A stretch of DNA of 46,379 nucleotides, taken from contig PABJ01000116.1 in NCBI GenBank assembly GCA_002699105.1, positions 1-46,379 of the forward strand, read 5' to 3'. Source of the stretch: Ectothiorhodospiraceae bacterium. GTDB taxonomy: Bacteria; Bacteroidota; Ignavibacteria; SZUA-365; GCA-2699105. Made by a program: the position numbers and the translations under genes. The notes beneath the pieces are model-generated. The model had not been told where the DNA came from and made no database searches. It worked only from the letters and a program-made list of their open reading frames with translations. Shown in pieces: positions 34,848 through 44,756 of the stretch (positions within the stretch are counted from its first letter, which is position 1; every line of letters begins with the position of its first letter).

Positions 34848-35612
34848 ATGAAGCATCTGTTCATCATCCTGACACTTGGGACGATCATAACGACGGCGAT
34901 GGCTCAGGAAGAGAAATCGCCCGAGCGGATACTGAACCAGGCTGCCGAGCAGTATTCGCAGGCAGATTACGAACGCGCGATCGAGCTCTATCAGAGCCTC
35001 CTGGCGCAAGGGTATGCCGATCCGAAGCTGTATTACAACCTCGGGAACGCATATTTCAAGAACGGCGATCTCGGAAAAAGCATTCTCTTCTACGAGCGGG
35101 CGTATCTCCTCCAGCCTGAAGATCCGGAAATAGCGCAAAACCTGAAGATTGCCCGCGCCCGCATTCGTGATAGAGTTGAACCGATCCCGCTCCTTGTCAT
35201 CGTCAAATGGTGGAACGATCTCAAAACGACGAGCAGCGCTTCCACGCTGTTTCTGTATTCTACTATCCTCGCATGGCTGCTCGCTGGAGCGATCTTCCTG
35301 TTCTACGGCTTCCGGAATGTGCTCCTCCGCAGGGTAGTGTTAGCGCTCGGGATTGTGCTTATAGGACTCTTCGCAGCTTCAGTCGCGTTGGTCCAGGCAA
35401 AAAACGAATCCCTTGCCGCCGAGGACTTCGGTATCATTATGCCGTTCGAGGTGATAGTGCACTCTACTCCGGATGCGACGGCCGTCGAAAGCTTCAAGAT
35501 TCATGAGGGCTTGAAGGTCGAAGTGCTCGAAGAGAAGGACGGCCTGGTTCGCATACGGCTTGCAGACGGAAAGCAGGGGTGGATATCTGCAAACGAGTTG
35601 GTTCTTATCTAG
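34848..35612 (+). CDS. batE: TPR + SH3 protein BatE
   Basis: LYYNLGNAYFK, SILFYERA, two TM segments, C-terminal HEGLKV...IRLADGKQGWI SH3 domain. Confidence 0.88.
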   Translation: MKHLFIILTLGTIITTAMAQEEKSPERILNQAAEQYSQADYERAIELYQSLLAQGYADPKLYYNLGNAYFKNGDLGKSILFYERAYLLQPEDPEIAQNLKIARARIRDRVEPIPLLVIVKWWNDLKTTSSASTLFLYSTILAWLLAGAIFLFYGFRNVLLRRVVLALGIVLIGLFAASVALVQAKNESLAAEDFGIIMPFEVIVHSTPDATAVESFKIHEGLKVEVLEEKDGLVRIRLADGKQGWISANELVLI

Positions 35613-35705
35613 GGCCGTACCAACCTTCCGAAACATTGTTTCTCGCCGCTGATTTCAGCATTTTTCCCTATTACATGATTGAAACACTTGCAACCGCGTG
35701 ATTCC

Positions 35706-36482
35706 GTGAAACGAACCCTGCCCCTCGTACTATGTGCCATCCTGCTTGCCCAAACAGGCATTGCAAATGAGCCGGAAAAACCTCAGGAAGACGTGCTCCG
35801 TCCCGTGCGTCTCCAAACATATTGGGGACCAGTCCTGCTGGCCAATTTCGTGATGAGTTCGGGAGAATTCGTCACGACCTGCGATTGTCTATACGATGGC
35901 GGGAGCGGCGTCGGCTTCGGCGGGGGCGCATTTATTCAGTATCCGTTGACGGCATCCATATCGCTGCTCGGACAGGCAACGCTGCAGGGGCTCGGTGCTG
36001 AATACAGCGATACCGAGATCCGGCCGGAATACGTATCGACGCCTAACAGCGAAGGCAGCATCGAGATGCTGGAATTCGAGAAAACTGCAAACGTGACCGC
36101 GACGTACATTCTTCTCGATCTCAGGGGTATGTATGAATTCGGCAAAAGCGGCGTTGCAATTTCCATCGGTCCCGCAGTCGGTATTCTTGTCGATGACTAT
36201 ATCGAGGAGAGCGAGACGTTGAAGACCGAAGGCATCATCTATGGCACAAACCAGCAGACCGAGAAGCAGTTTCTCGACGGCGGATTCGACCAGTTATACG
36301 AGAAAGAAACGCTGCGGTTTGCTCTGGCGTTTGGTCTATCGTACGATATTGCGTTCGGGCGGAACATGTTCATTTCGCCCGAGATTTCGTACCATCTGCC
36401 CTTCACGTCGCTCGTCGGTGAATACAGCGATTGGAAACATGCATCCATGCAAGCGGGTGTAAGAGTAAAGTTCGGACTGTAG
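35706..36482 (+). CDS. Outer-membrane beta-barrel with CxC motif, paralog of 5748-6557
   Basis: GTG start giving a signal peptide (TTG at 35679 is an alternative); GEF...CDC, FEK, GPAVG, ISPE...LPFT; terminal VRVKFGL. Confidence 0.72.
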   Translation: MKRTLPLVLCAILLAQTGIANEPEKPQEDVLRPVRLQTYWGPVLLANFVMSSGEFVTTCDCLYDGGSGVGFGGGAFIQYPLTASISLLGQATLQGLGAEYSDTEIRPEYVSTPNSEGSIEMLEFEKTANVTATYILLDLRGMYEFGKSGVAISIGPAVGILVDDYIEESETLKTEGIIYGTNQQTEKQFLDGGFDQLYEKETLRFALAFGLSYDIAFGRNMFISPEISYHLPFTSLVGEYSDWKHASMQAGVRVKFGL

Positions 36483-36540
36483 AAGTATGTCCACTGGAAG
36501 AAATCGAAGTACGAATACATATACGAAGAAGTACAATACC

Positions 36541-37122
36541 ATGAAGCTTACGACATTGATACCGGTTCTTATATTCGCATTCCTGGCGGCACCGCTGACA
36601 AGCTGCAGCGGGAGCGAGGAAGGCGGGTTCGCCTATGACGACAGCACGAAGAGCGAGTTTACGAAGGTCGACGAATCGGACACGCCGGTGATGCCCGAAG
36701 AGCCGGCACGCGTATCTGGCAGCGATGAGAACCCGCGGAATTCGGCGACGGATCTGAGTCAGCCGCAGGAAAAACCACAGGGCAAGCCAAAGAAAACAAC
36801 GGTCGATACTACGCCGGATGCGTACGAAAAGCCCCAGACCGGGCAGACCGAAGTACAGCAGAAGCCCAGCAGTACGGCACGCGGTGTCTTGATGTGGAGC
36901 GTCCAGATCGGTGCGTTCAAGGATGAAGAAGGCGCGCTCAAGATGGTAGATGAAGCGAAGCAGACGCTCAAGCAGCCGATTTACAAGGACTTCGATCCTG
37001 CAACGGGATTCTATAAGGTTACCGTCGGTTCCTTTGCGAACAAAGAAGATGCAGGCCGCTACAAGGCCGACGTCCAGGCAAACGGCTTCCCCGATGCGTT
37101 TTCCGTTGAGGTGCGCAGATAA
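36541..37122 (+). CDS. SPOR-domain lipoprotein
   Basis: Lipobox LTSC; disordered linker; WSVQIGAF...YKVTVGSF...GFPDAF SPOR domain. Confidence 0.88.
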   Translation: MKLTTLIPVLIFAFLAAPLTSCSGSEEGGFAYDDSTKSEFTKVDESDTPVMPEEPARVSGSDENPRNSATDLSQPQEKPQGKPKKTTVDTTPDAYEKPQTGQTEVQQKPSSTARGVLMWSVQIGAFKDEEGALKMVDEAKQTLKQPIYKDFDPATGFYKVTVGSFANKEDAGRYKADVQANGFPDAFSVEVRR

Positions 37123-37125
37123 CAG

Positions 37126-37656
37126 GTGCTTCACTGTATAAAACATAGCGCCTTTCTCCCTGTCCTCAGCGCGATCTCACTCGGGTTGCTCCTTCTCGGT
37201 TGCTCCAGTACCGAAGAAACGACCGAAGAGAAGAAGCCGATTACAGAGTACGAAGAGAAGTTCGATCCTTCAAAGTACCGCGATGAGGAAACGGTAAAGA
37301 AGGACATTGAGCCTGAAGAAATACCGGCCACCTCCCGGGAAAAGCCCATCGAAGAGTATATGACGATCGAGAGGGTGGAGAAGGTGATGGGTTTCCGGAT
37401 TCAGATCTATTCGACCGCCAGCCTTGAGGACGCTGAGAAGCAGCTCGACCGCTACACGGAAAAACTGGGCGATTCGGTCAACATCCACATGGTGTTCGAT
37501 GCACCGTACTACAAACTGCGTGTCGGCGATTACCTGGCACGAGATTCGGCCAGCACGCAGCTCGCGCAGTTGAAGGAACTCGGGCTTGAAGAAGCCTGGA
37601 TCGTGCGCGACCGTGTGGATAAGAAAACTATGCACCGCGTGAAAATGAAGCAGTGA
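37126..37656 (+). CDS. SPOR-domain lipoprotein
   Basis: Lipobox LLGC; GFRIQIYS...PYYKLRVGDY...AWIV SPOR domain. Confidence 0.88.
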   Translation: MLHCIKHSAFLPVLSAISLGLLLLGCSSTEETTEEKKPITEYEEKFDPSKYRDEETVKKDIEPEEIPATSREKPIEEYMTIERVEKVMGFRIQIYSTASLEDAEKQLDRYTEKLGDSVNIHMVFDAPYYKLRVGDYLARDSASTQLAQLKELGLEEAWIVRDRVDKKTMHRVKMKQ

Positions 37657-37698
37657 CCGGTGCTCTGCAGCTATTCGATCAACTACAGATACATTCCC

Positions 37699-38481
37699 AT
37701 GAGTTTTGAAACCATTCTCTTTGAGAAGCAGGACGGTATTCTCACCATTACGCTCAACCGTCCCGACGTCTTGAACGCATTCAACGAGCAGATGACTGCC
37801 GACTTGCAGGAGGCATTCAACCGCGCGGCGGAGGATGACGACGTTCGCGTTATCGTTCTCACTGGCGCTGGAAGGGCGTTCTGTTCCGGGCAGGATTTGA
37901 AAGACATTTCGGACGATGAAACCCGCTCCCTTGCCGATAGCCTGAAACGGCGCTACAATCCGCTGATTCGCGCGATGCGCAGCTTACCGAAGCCCATCAT
38001 CGCCGCGATAAACGGTGCCTGCGCGGGGGCAGGGTTGAGCCTGGCGCTTGCCTGCGATATGCGTTTCGCTGCGGATAACGCCAAGCTGATAGAGGTGTTC
38101 ATTCGCATAGGCCTTGTGCCGGATTCCGGTTCGTCGTGGTTCCTGCCGCATCTTATCGGCTACGCGAAGGCATTCGAACTCTGCGCCACCGGCCGCGATG
38201 TGCGTGCCCCCGAAGCCGAACAGATCGGGCTGGTGAACAAGGTCGTGAACAAGGACCTGCTCATGGAATACACGATGTCGGAAGCGAAGAAATTCGCCGC
38301 CGCACCGACGCAGGCCATCGGGCAAATCAAGGAAATGCTCAATCGCGCGGTTTCAAGCGATCTGGATACGGCGCTGCAGTTCGAGGAGGAGATGCAGGAA
38401 AAAGCCGGGTTCAGCTACGACTACAAGGAAGGCAAGAAGGCGTTCCTCGAAAAACGCCCGCCCAAGTTTGAGGGGAGGTAG
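37699..38481 (+). CDS. paaG: Enoyl-CoA hydratase/isomerase family protein, PaaG-like
   Basis: [46 protein letters not shown]...[10 protein letters not shown]. Has the PaaG-type Asp and lacks the crotonase glutamates. The symbol is tentative because no other paa genes are in the window. Confidence 0.75.
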   Translation: MSFETILFEKQDGILTITLNRPDVLNAFNEQMTADLQEAFNRAAEDDDVRVIVLTGAGRAFCSGQDLKDISDDETRSLADSLKRRYNPLIRAMRSLPKPIIAAINGACAGAGLSLALACDMRFAADNAKLIEVFIRIGLVPDSGSSWFLPHLIGYAKAFELCATGRDVRAPEAEQIGLVNKVVNKDLLMEYTMSEAKKFAAAPTQAIGQIKEMLNRAVSSDLDTALQFEEEMQEKAGFSYDYKEGKKAFLEKRPPKFEGR

Positions 38482-38492
38482 GAGAAAAGACT

Positions 38493-41400
38493 ATGCAGAA
38501 AGCTGATATCTACACCCCGACAAACAATGTTCGCATCGTGACGGCCGCATCGCTTTTCGATGGGCACGATGCGAGTATCAATATCATGCGGCGGATCCTG
38601 CAGGCAAGCGGGGCAGAGATCATCCACCTGGGCCACAACCGTTCCGTCGCCGAAGTTGTCGATGCAGCAGTGCAGGAGGATGCGCAGGGCATCGCCATCT
38701 CATCCTACCAGGGCGGCCACATCGAATACCTAAAGTACATGAAGGATCTCCTCCGCGAACGCGGCGCCGAACATGTGAAGATTTTCGCAGGCGGCGGCGG
38801 GGTTATTGTGCAGGAGGAGATAGACGAGCTGCATGATTACGGAATCGACCGGGTCTTTTCCCCGGAAGACGGCAGGAAGCTCGGCCTCCAGGGTATGATC
38901 AACCTCGTCATCGAGAGCTGCGATTACGATGTCAGTGATTTCAGTCCTATTAAGCATGTAGATGGCGCTCTTAAGATCGACGGCAAGACCGTTGCCCAGC
39001 TTAACGGTGAGCTGAAAGACGATGTGAAGACGCTATCCCATGCCCTCACACTCGTCGAATCCGACGATGGATTTTCTCTCAGCGAAATGGATATCCCGGA
39101 GAAGCCTGTCATCGGCATAACGGGCACAGGCGGAGCCGGTAAATCTTCGCTCACCGATGAGCTCATCCGGCGCTTTTTGAATGTCTTCCCGGACAAAACC
39201 TACGCGGTGCTATCGGTCGATCCATCGAAGCGGAGGACGGGCGGAGCGCTCCTCGGCGACCGCATTCGTATGAATGCTATCTCCACGCCTGAGCCGGAAG
39301 GAATGAAGCGCGTCTTCATGCGGTCCTTTGCAACGCGTGCTTCGAACCGCGCAACATCGGCAGCGCTTCACCGCGCAATCGATCTCTGCAAGATCGCAGG
39401 GTACGACTTGATCATCGTCGAGACGGCGGGCATCGGCCAGTCGGATTCGGAGATTGTTGATCTCGTCGACGTCTCGATGTACGTGATGACGCCCGAGTAC
39501 GGCGCATCCACGCAGCTCGAAAAGATCGACATGCTTGATCTTGCCGATCTCGTTGTGCTGAATAAATTCGAGAAGCGCGGCGCAGATGATGCACTTCGCG
39601 ATGTACGCAAGCAGTATATGCGTAATCATGGCCTGTTCGATGGAAATTCGGAGGACATGCCGGTGTATCCAACGATAGCCAGCCAATTCAACGATGCAGG
39701 CACGAACCATCTCTTTTATTCCCTCACCCGCAAGCTTGCAGCGCTGGATGGAGACGGTTGGAACACTGATTTCGGTGCCGAACCGCTGCTTCCAACGAAG
39801 TCCGCAATGATTCCGCCGGAGCGTTCCCGCTACCTCTCCGAGATCTCCGATACAGTGCAGAACTACAAGCAATGGGTGGATGAGCAGGCAGGCTATGCGC
39901 GGAAATGGCAGCAGCTTGAGGGTGCGAAGACGGCGTTGCTCGAAGCTGCCGAGAAGAAAGAAATTACGATCTCCGGTGAGGGCGGAGTCGTCGAGTTGGC
40001 GGCAAAAGAGGTAAGCGAAGAGCTCCTCGGCGCGATCGATCAGCAAATCGAGTACTTCCGCTCCCACGTAACGGCGGAAAATCGCGACCTTCTCGATAAG
40101 TGGGTCGAAGCGAACGAAGCATACCGCAAGGACCAGCTCGTCACGAAAATCCGGGATAAGGAGATCGTGACGGAGCTATACACGGAATCGCTATCGGGGA
40201 CGAAGATCCCGAGGGTGAGTTTGCCGAAGTACAACGACCGGGGCGATGTACTGAAGTGGATGCTCCTGGAGAATGTCCCCGGCACGTTCCCGTATACGGG
40301 CGGCGTATTTCCATTTAAACGCAAGGGCGAAGACCCGACGCGTATGTTTGCAGGGGAAGGCACACCCGAGCGCACGAACAGGCGATTCCACTACGTGAGC
40401 GAAGGGATGCCAGCGGCGAGGCTATCCACGGCATTCGACTCGGTCACGCTATACGGCGAGGATCCGCACGAGCGTCCGGATATCTATGGAAAGATCGGCA
40501 ACTCCGGTGTGTCCATTTGCACGCTCGATGACATGAAAAAATTGTATTGCGGTTTCGATCTCTGCAAGCCGAATACATCCGTTTCTATGACGATCAACGG
40601 CCCTGCGCCGATGATTCTGGCGATGTTCCTCAATACCGCGATCGATCAGCAGGTGGAAAAGCATCTGGTGCTGAACGGGAAGTTCGACGAAGCTCAGCAG
40701 GCCATCGACGCATTGTATGCTAAACTCGGTATGGACCGTCCTGTATATCAGGGCGTGCCAGATTTCCGACGGATGCTAGGCGAGCTGAACGATCCGTCGC
40801 TGTTCGAACCGAATGCGACAGTCCACAGGTACTTCGGTCTCGGCACCCTTGGCGTCTCCGGCGATTTCTTTGTCTCGAAAGGCATTATCTCGCAGGAAGA
40901 ATACGACACGATGAGCGCCGAAGCGCTTTCCGTCGTCCGCGGTACGGTGCAGGCCGATATCTTGAAGGAAGACCAGGCGCAGAATACCTGCATCTTTTCG
41001 ACGGAATTCGCGCTCAGGATGATGGGAGATATCCAGGAGCAGTTTATTACGCATAAGGTGCGCAATTATTACTCCGTCTCTATCTCCGGATACCACATTG
41101 CGGAGGCGGGAGCGAACCCGATTACGCAACTCGCTTTCACGCTGGCGAACGGCTTCACGTACGTTGAGTATTACCTATCGCGCGGAATGAAGATCGACGA
41201 TTTTGCGCCGAACCTATCATTCTTCTTCTCGAACGGCATCGATCCCGAGTATTCGGTCATAGGACGCGTGGCGCGGCGGATTTGGTCTGTCGCTATGAAG
41301 AACCTGTACGGCGGCAATGCGCGCTCGCAGAAGCTCAAGTATCATATCCAGACGAGCGGACGCAGCCTTCACGCGATGGAGATCGATTTCAACGATATCC

Positions 41401-42044
41401 GGACGACGCTCCAGGCGCTGTATGCGATCTACGATAACTGCAACTCCCTCCACACCAACGCCTACGACGAGGCCATTACCACGCCCACCGAAGAAAGCGT
41501 TCGCAGAGCGCTGGCAATCCAGCTGATTATTAACCGTGAACTCGGCTTGGCGAAGAACGAGAACCCCTTGCAGGGTTCGTTCATCATTGAAGAGCTGACC
41601 GAACTGGTGGAAGAAGCAGTTTTGGCGGAATTCCGCAGGATCAGCGAGCGCGGCGGCGTTCCGGGAGCAATGGAGACGATGTACCAGCGCGGGAAGATCC
41701 AGGAAGAATCGATTCTGTACGAATCCCGCAAGCATTCAGGCGAACTCCCTATCATCGGTGTGAACACGTTCCTCAGGTCTAACCGCGAGGAAGCAGAAGA
41801 GGTTAAGCCTATCGAGCTCATCCGCAGCACACCGGAGGAGAAAGAGCAGCAGATCGCCAATCTGCGTGCGTTCCAGAAACGCAACACGGATGGTTCAGGC
41901 AGTGCGCTTGCTGCGGTTCAAGAAGCGGCACAGAACAGAGAGAATATTTTCGAACAGCTCTTGGAATGCGTCAAGTATGCCTCCCTCGGCCAGATAAGTG
42001 CAGCCCTCTACCGCGTCGGTGGTCAGTACCGCAGAAGCATGTAG
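38493..42044 (+). CDS. icmF: Fused isobutyryl-CoA mutase / MeaB-like GTPase (B12-dependent)
   Basis: [22 protein letters not shown]12-binding domain; [13 protein letters not shown]-loop; VETAGIGQ; mutase domain TRMFAGEG (Phe), [13 protein letters not shown]; ends GGQYRRSM. Confidence 0.95.
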   Translation: MQKADIYTPTNNVRIVTAASLFDGHDASINIMRRILQASGAEIIHLGHNRSVAEVVDAAVQEDAQGIAISSYQGGHIEYLKYMKDLLRERGAEHVKIFAGGGGVIVQEEIDELHDYGIDRVFSPEDGRKLGLQGMINLVIESCDYDVSDFSPIKHVDGALKIDGKTVAQLNGELKDDVKTLSHALTLVESDDGFSLSEMDIPEKPVIGITGTGGAGKSSLTDELIRRFLNVFPDKTYAVLSVDPSKRRTGGALLGDRIRMNAISTPEPEGMKRVFMRSFATRASNRATSAALHRAIDLCKIAGYDLIIVETAGIGQSDSEIVDLVDVSMYVMTPEYGASTQLEKIDMLDLADLVVLNKFEKRGADDALRDVRKQYMRNHGLFDGNSEDMPVYPTIASQFNDAGTNHLFYSLTRKLAALDGDGWNTDFGAEPLLPTKSAMIPPERSRYLSEISDTVQNYKQWVDEQAGYARKWQQLEGAKTALLEAAEKKEITISGEGGVVELAAKEVSEELLGAIDQQIEYFRSHVTAENRDLLDKWVEANEAYRKDQLVTKIRDKEIVTELYTESLSGTKIPRVSLPKYNDRGDVLKWMLLENVPGTFPYTGGVFPFKRKGEDPTRMFAGEGTPERTNRRFHYVSEGMPAARLSTAFDSVTLYGEDPHERPDIYGKIGNSGVSICTLDDMKKLYCGFDLCKPNTSVSMTINGPAPMILAMFLNTAIDQQVEKHLVLNGKFDEAQQAIDALYAKLGMDRPVYQGVPDFRRMLGELNDPSLFEPNATVHRYFGLGTLGVSGDFFVSKGIISQEEYDTMSAEALSVVRGTVQADILKEDQAQNTCIFSTEFALRMMGDIQEQFITHKVRNYYSVSISGYHIAEAGANPITQLAFTLANGFTYVEYYLSRGMKIDDFAPNLSFFFSNGIDPEYSVIGRVARRIWSVAMKNLYGGNARSQKLKYHIQTSGRSLHAMEIDFNDIRTTLQALYAIYDNCNSLHTNAYDEAITTPTEESVRRALAIQLIINRELGLAKNENPLQGSFIIEELTELVEEAVLAEFRRISERGGVPGAMETMYQRGKIQEESILYESRKHSGELPIIGVNTFLRSNREEAEEVKPIELIRSTPEEKEQQIANLRAFQKRNTDGSGSALAAVQEAAQNRENIFEQLLECVKYASLGQISAALYRVGGQYRRSM

Positions 42045-42148
42045 GAGCGGGGGTCGCGGAAGATCTCGAAATTGTAGAAGCACTTGAGGCGTGAAATGAC
42101 TATGAACGAGCTGGGCGCCTACACGCGAATGAAAACACTGGAGAATAC

Positions 42149-42991
42149 ATGATTGGAATAATAGGCTCGGGGACGATGGGCCGCGGGATTGCTATCTCGG
42201 CGGCAACGGGCGGCTACGACGTCTCTCTCTACGATATCGATCAGCAGGCGTTGGATGCAGCGCAGCAGGCGATTGAGAAATCCGTTGCAAAAGGTGTAGA
42301 GAAAGGCAAAATCCCGGCTGAGGAGCAACCGAAGATCCTGGCAAGAATCCGTACCACGATGAGTCTCGACGATCTTGGTGCGGGTGAACTCATAGTGGAG
42401 GCCGTTCCGGAGAGCATGGATTTGAAGAAGAAGATATTCGGCCAGCTTTCCGGGATCTGCAGCAAAGATGCCATCCTGGCCAGCAATACATCATCGCTCT
42501 CGATTACATCCATCTCCGCCGTCGTCGATAATCCCGGCCGCGTCGTGGGAATGCATTTCTTCAATCCTGCGAACATCATGAAGCTCGTAGAGGTAATTGC
42601 AGGAAGATTTACATCGGAAGAAACAGTCGCGAATGTCTGCGAGATCGCTGAGAAGATGGGAAAGACACCGGCACGTGTAAAGGACACACCGGGATTCATC
42701 GTCAATCGTGTGGCGCGGTCGTTCTATACAGAGTCGCTGCGAATTCTCGAAGAAGGTGTGGCGGACGAGGCAGCGATCGATCGAGTCATGCAGGCGCATG
42801 GATTTCGTATGGGACCGTTCACGCTCATGGATCTGATCGGCAACGATGTAAACGTCGAGGTCACTCGCTCCCTGTACGAAGCCTACCACGGTGAGGCTCG
42901 GTACAGACCCTCCCATATCCAGGAAGCCCTTGTCGATGCTGGAATGCTCGGTAAAAAGTCAGGCCGCGGATTCTACAATTACGAATCATAA
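42149..42991 (+). CDS. 3-hydroxyacyl-CoA dehydrogenase (PaaH-like catalytic half)
   Basis: GSGTMG Rossmann motif, VEAVPE, ASNTSSLSI, GMHFFNPA..MKLVEV, PGFIVNR, GFRMGPF.L.D.IG, GKKSGRGFY. Confidence 0.92.
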   Translation: MIGIIGSGTMGRGIAISAATGGYDVSLYDIDQQALDAAQQAIEKSVAKGVEKGKIPAEEQPKILARIRTTMSLDDLGAGELIVEAVPESMDLKKKIFGQLSGICSKDAILASNTSSLSITSISAVVDNPGRVVGMHFFNPANIMKLVEVIAGRFTSEETVANVCEIAEKMGKTPARVKDTPGFIVNRVARSFYTESLRILEEGVADEAAIDRVMQAHGFRMGPFTLMDLIGNDVNVEVTRSLYEAYHGEARYRPSHIQEALVDAGMLGKKSGRGFYNYES

Positions 42992-43008
42992 CACGAACCA
43001 TCTGAGCA

Positions 43009-43722
43009 ATGCACATACTACTTATCGGCGCTGAAGACGTCCTTATCGAGTGGCTGAAACTGTTATCTCCTCACCACACCTGTTACGTATCGGAACCTGC
43101 GGAGCGGCTGATCGAAGCCGGCGCCATAACGTTGGACGAAGAAAAAGCAGGCAAAGTGGAGATACTCTTTGATACAACGATATCCTCATCGCGCTCGAAA
43201 GCAGAGCTATTGAGCGATGTCGTCCGTGCAATGCCGGGTTCCGTCAGCGTTGTGAGCAACACTGTGCTAACGACGGTCACAGAACTTGGCGCCTCCCTCG
43301 GGATTGCACACCGCATCGCAGGGTTTGGGTATTTACCCACTCTGCTGGATGCTGACATCATTGAGGTTGCGATTCCCTACGGCGCGGATGATTCAATGAA
43401 AACGTTCCTGACGCCGCTCTTTGAGCCTATCGGCAAGAAGCTGGAGTTCATCGATGATGCCATTGGGTTTGTTTTCCCGCGCGTTCTCGCGACCATCGTC
43501 AATGAAGCTGCATTTACGATGCAGCAGGGCGTTGCAGACGAAGCTGCAATCGATACGGCGATGAAGCTCGGCGTCAATTATCCTGAAGGCCCGTTCGGAT
43601 GGGGAAGAAAGATAGGGTTCGGGAATATCTACGCGCTGCTTCAGGTGCTGCATCTCGAACTGGGCGACGACCGCTACAGACCTGCGCCGCTGCTCAAGAA
43701 ACTCGCGCTGACCGAGGTCTAG
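43009..43722 (+). CDS. 3-hydroxyacyl-CoA dehydrogenase-like protein with degenerate NAD site (PaaH C-terminal-half-like)
   Basis: Retains GFVFPR...IVNEA and IDTAMKLGVNYPEGP; lacks GxGxxG and the catalytic His. Confidence 0.82.
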   Translation: MHILLIGAEDVLIEWLKLLSPHHTCYVSEPAERLIEAGAITLDEEKAGKVEILFDTTISSSRSKAELLSDVVRAMPGSVSVVSNTVLTTVTELGASLGIAHRIAGFGYLPTLLDADIIEVAIPYGADDSMKTFLTPLFEPIGKKLEFIDDAIGFVFPRVLATIVNEAAFTMQQGVADEAAIDTAMKLGVNYPEGPFGWGRKIGFGNIYALLQVLHLELGDDRYRPAPLLKKLALTEV

Positions 43723-44756
43723 GGACTGGGCACCTGGGTAAACGGAACCGGGGCGGTGTTGAGGGCATTCCTCGTGGAGCGCTTTTTCAACAAGGTGAAC
43801 AGGCTCTGTACATCACCGTACATTGCAGACCTTTCCCTCACGAACTTCCCTCTGTAGTCGATGAATACACCACCAAAATTTCTGTCCTGATAGAGCTGAT
43901 GATCGCCGCTTTGGGGATCTGCCTCGTTTTCGAACGAAGCCAGCATTGGGAGATACGTTGCATACACCCCCTGCTCAGAGGTTCGATAGTGCTGTGATTC
44001 CATACGATAGATTCTGAACGGCCGATTCACACTTGCAGCGACGTTCAAATAGAGCATCTGCCGTGAATCGTCAAGTTCCGTTTGCACGAGTCCATCGAAA
44101 AGTGGAGCGATGACATCGAGTGCTGCGGTATCGGATTCAGCCGGTACGTACAAAAAGCGCGTTCCGTGACTCTCCCTCATTCCGCGGATGTGCTCTCCCA
44201 TCGTCGAGACTGCCATCTCTCCTATGCCGTCCTCGCCGTCGAGTATCATGATATCAGCACCGGATTGCGCTAACGCGTCCAGCCACTCAAAATAGTATGG
44301 TAGGAAATGTGCGGCATTGAATTCATCGTCGCTGGTGCTTGGGGGCGTGACATACGGTACGAGTGCGACTGCGAATCCCTCTTCCCGTAAGCCCTGCACC
44401 ACTGTATGGATTCGTTCGATATCGAAGTTCGAATACTCGATATAGCTGCTGGCTGCGCATTGCTTCCAGCCCTTCACCGGAATAGCGATGGTGTTTGCTT
44501 CAAGTTCGGATAGCGCGTGAAGACTCATGCCGGATTCATCTTCGACGAATTCCAGAGCGGTCTGATACGGGAGTGTGATCGCGCGGATAAAATCGTGCTT
44601 CGAGATGGGCGGGGGAGTGGTCTCAGAGTCCAACTCCTCGCTGCCGGGATTGATCACCCATGTATCGAGGTAGTATCCGAGCGCAAGCACAATGAGCGCC
44701 AGTATGAACAGCGGAGGGGAAAGGAATTTCCGGGGTTGTTTAGCCAGCATGTTCAT
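43719..44756 (-). CDS. Membrane-anchored protein with a GH113-like TIM-barrel segment
   Basis: N-terminal TM. SL..L.EL.AN.IAI, I..L...GF.VAL.P.V, F..Y..W...LA..GAD...LDGE resemble the N-terminal half of GH113. The start overlaps the mfd stop; the stop overlaps the convergent gene (CTAG). Confidence 0.6.
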   Translation of the reverse strand: MNMLAKQPRKFLSPPLFILALIVLALGYYLDTWVINPGSEELDSETTPPPISKHDFIRAITLPYQTALEFVEDESGMSLHALSELEANTIAIPVKGWKQCAASSYIEYSNFDIERIHTVVQGLREEGFAVALVPYVTPPSTSDDEFNAAHFLPYYFEWLDALAQSGADIMILDGEDGIGEMAVSTMGEHIRGMRESHGTRFLYVPAESDTAALDVIAPLFDGLVQTELDDSRQMLYLNVAASVNRPFRIYRMESQHYRTSEQGVYATYLPMLASFENEADPQSGDHQLYQDRNFGGVFIDYRGKFVRERSAMYGDVQSLFTLLKKRSTRNALNTAPVPFTQVPSP

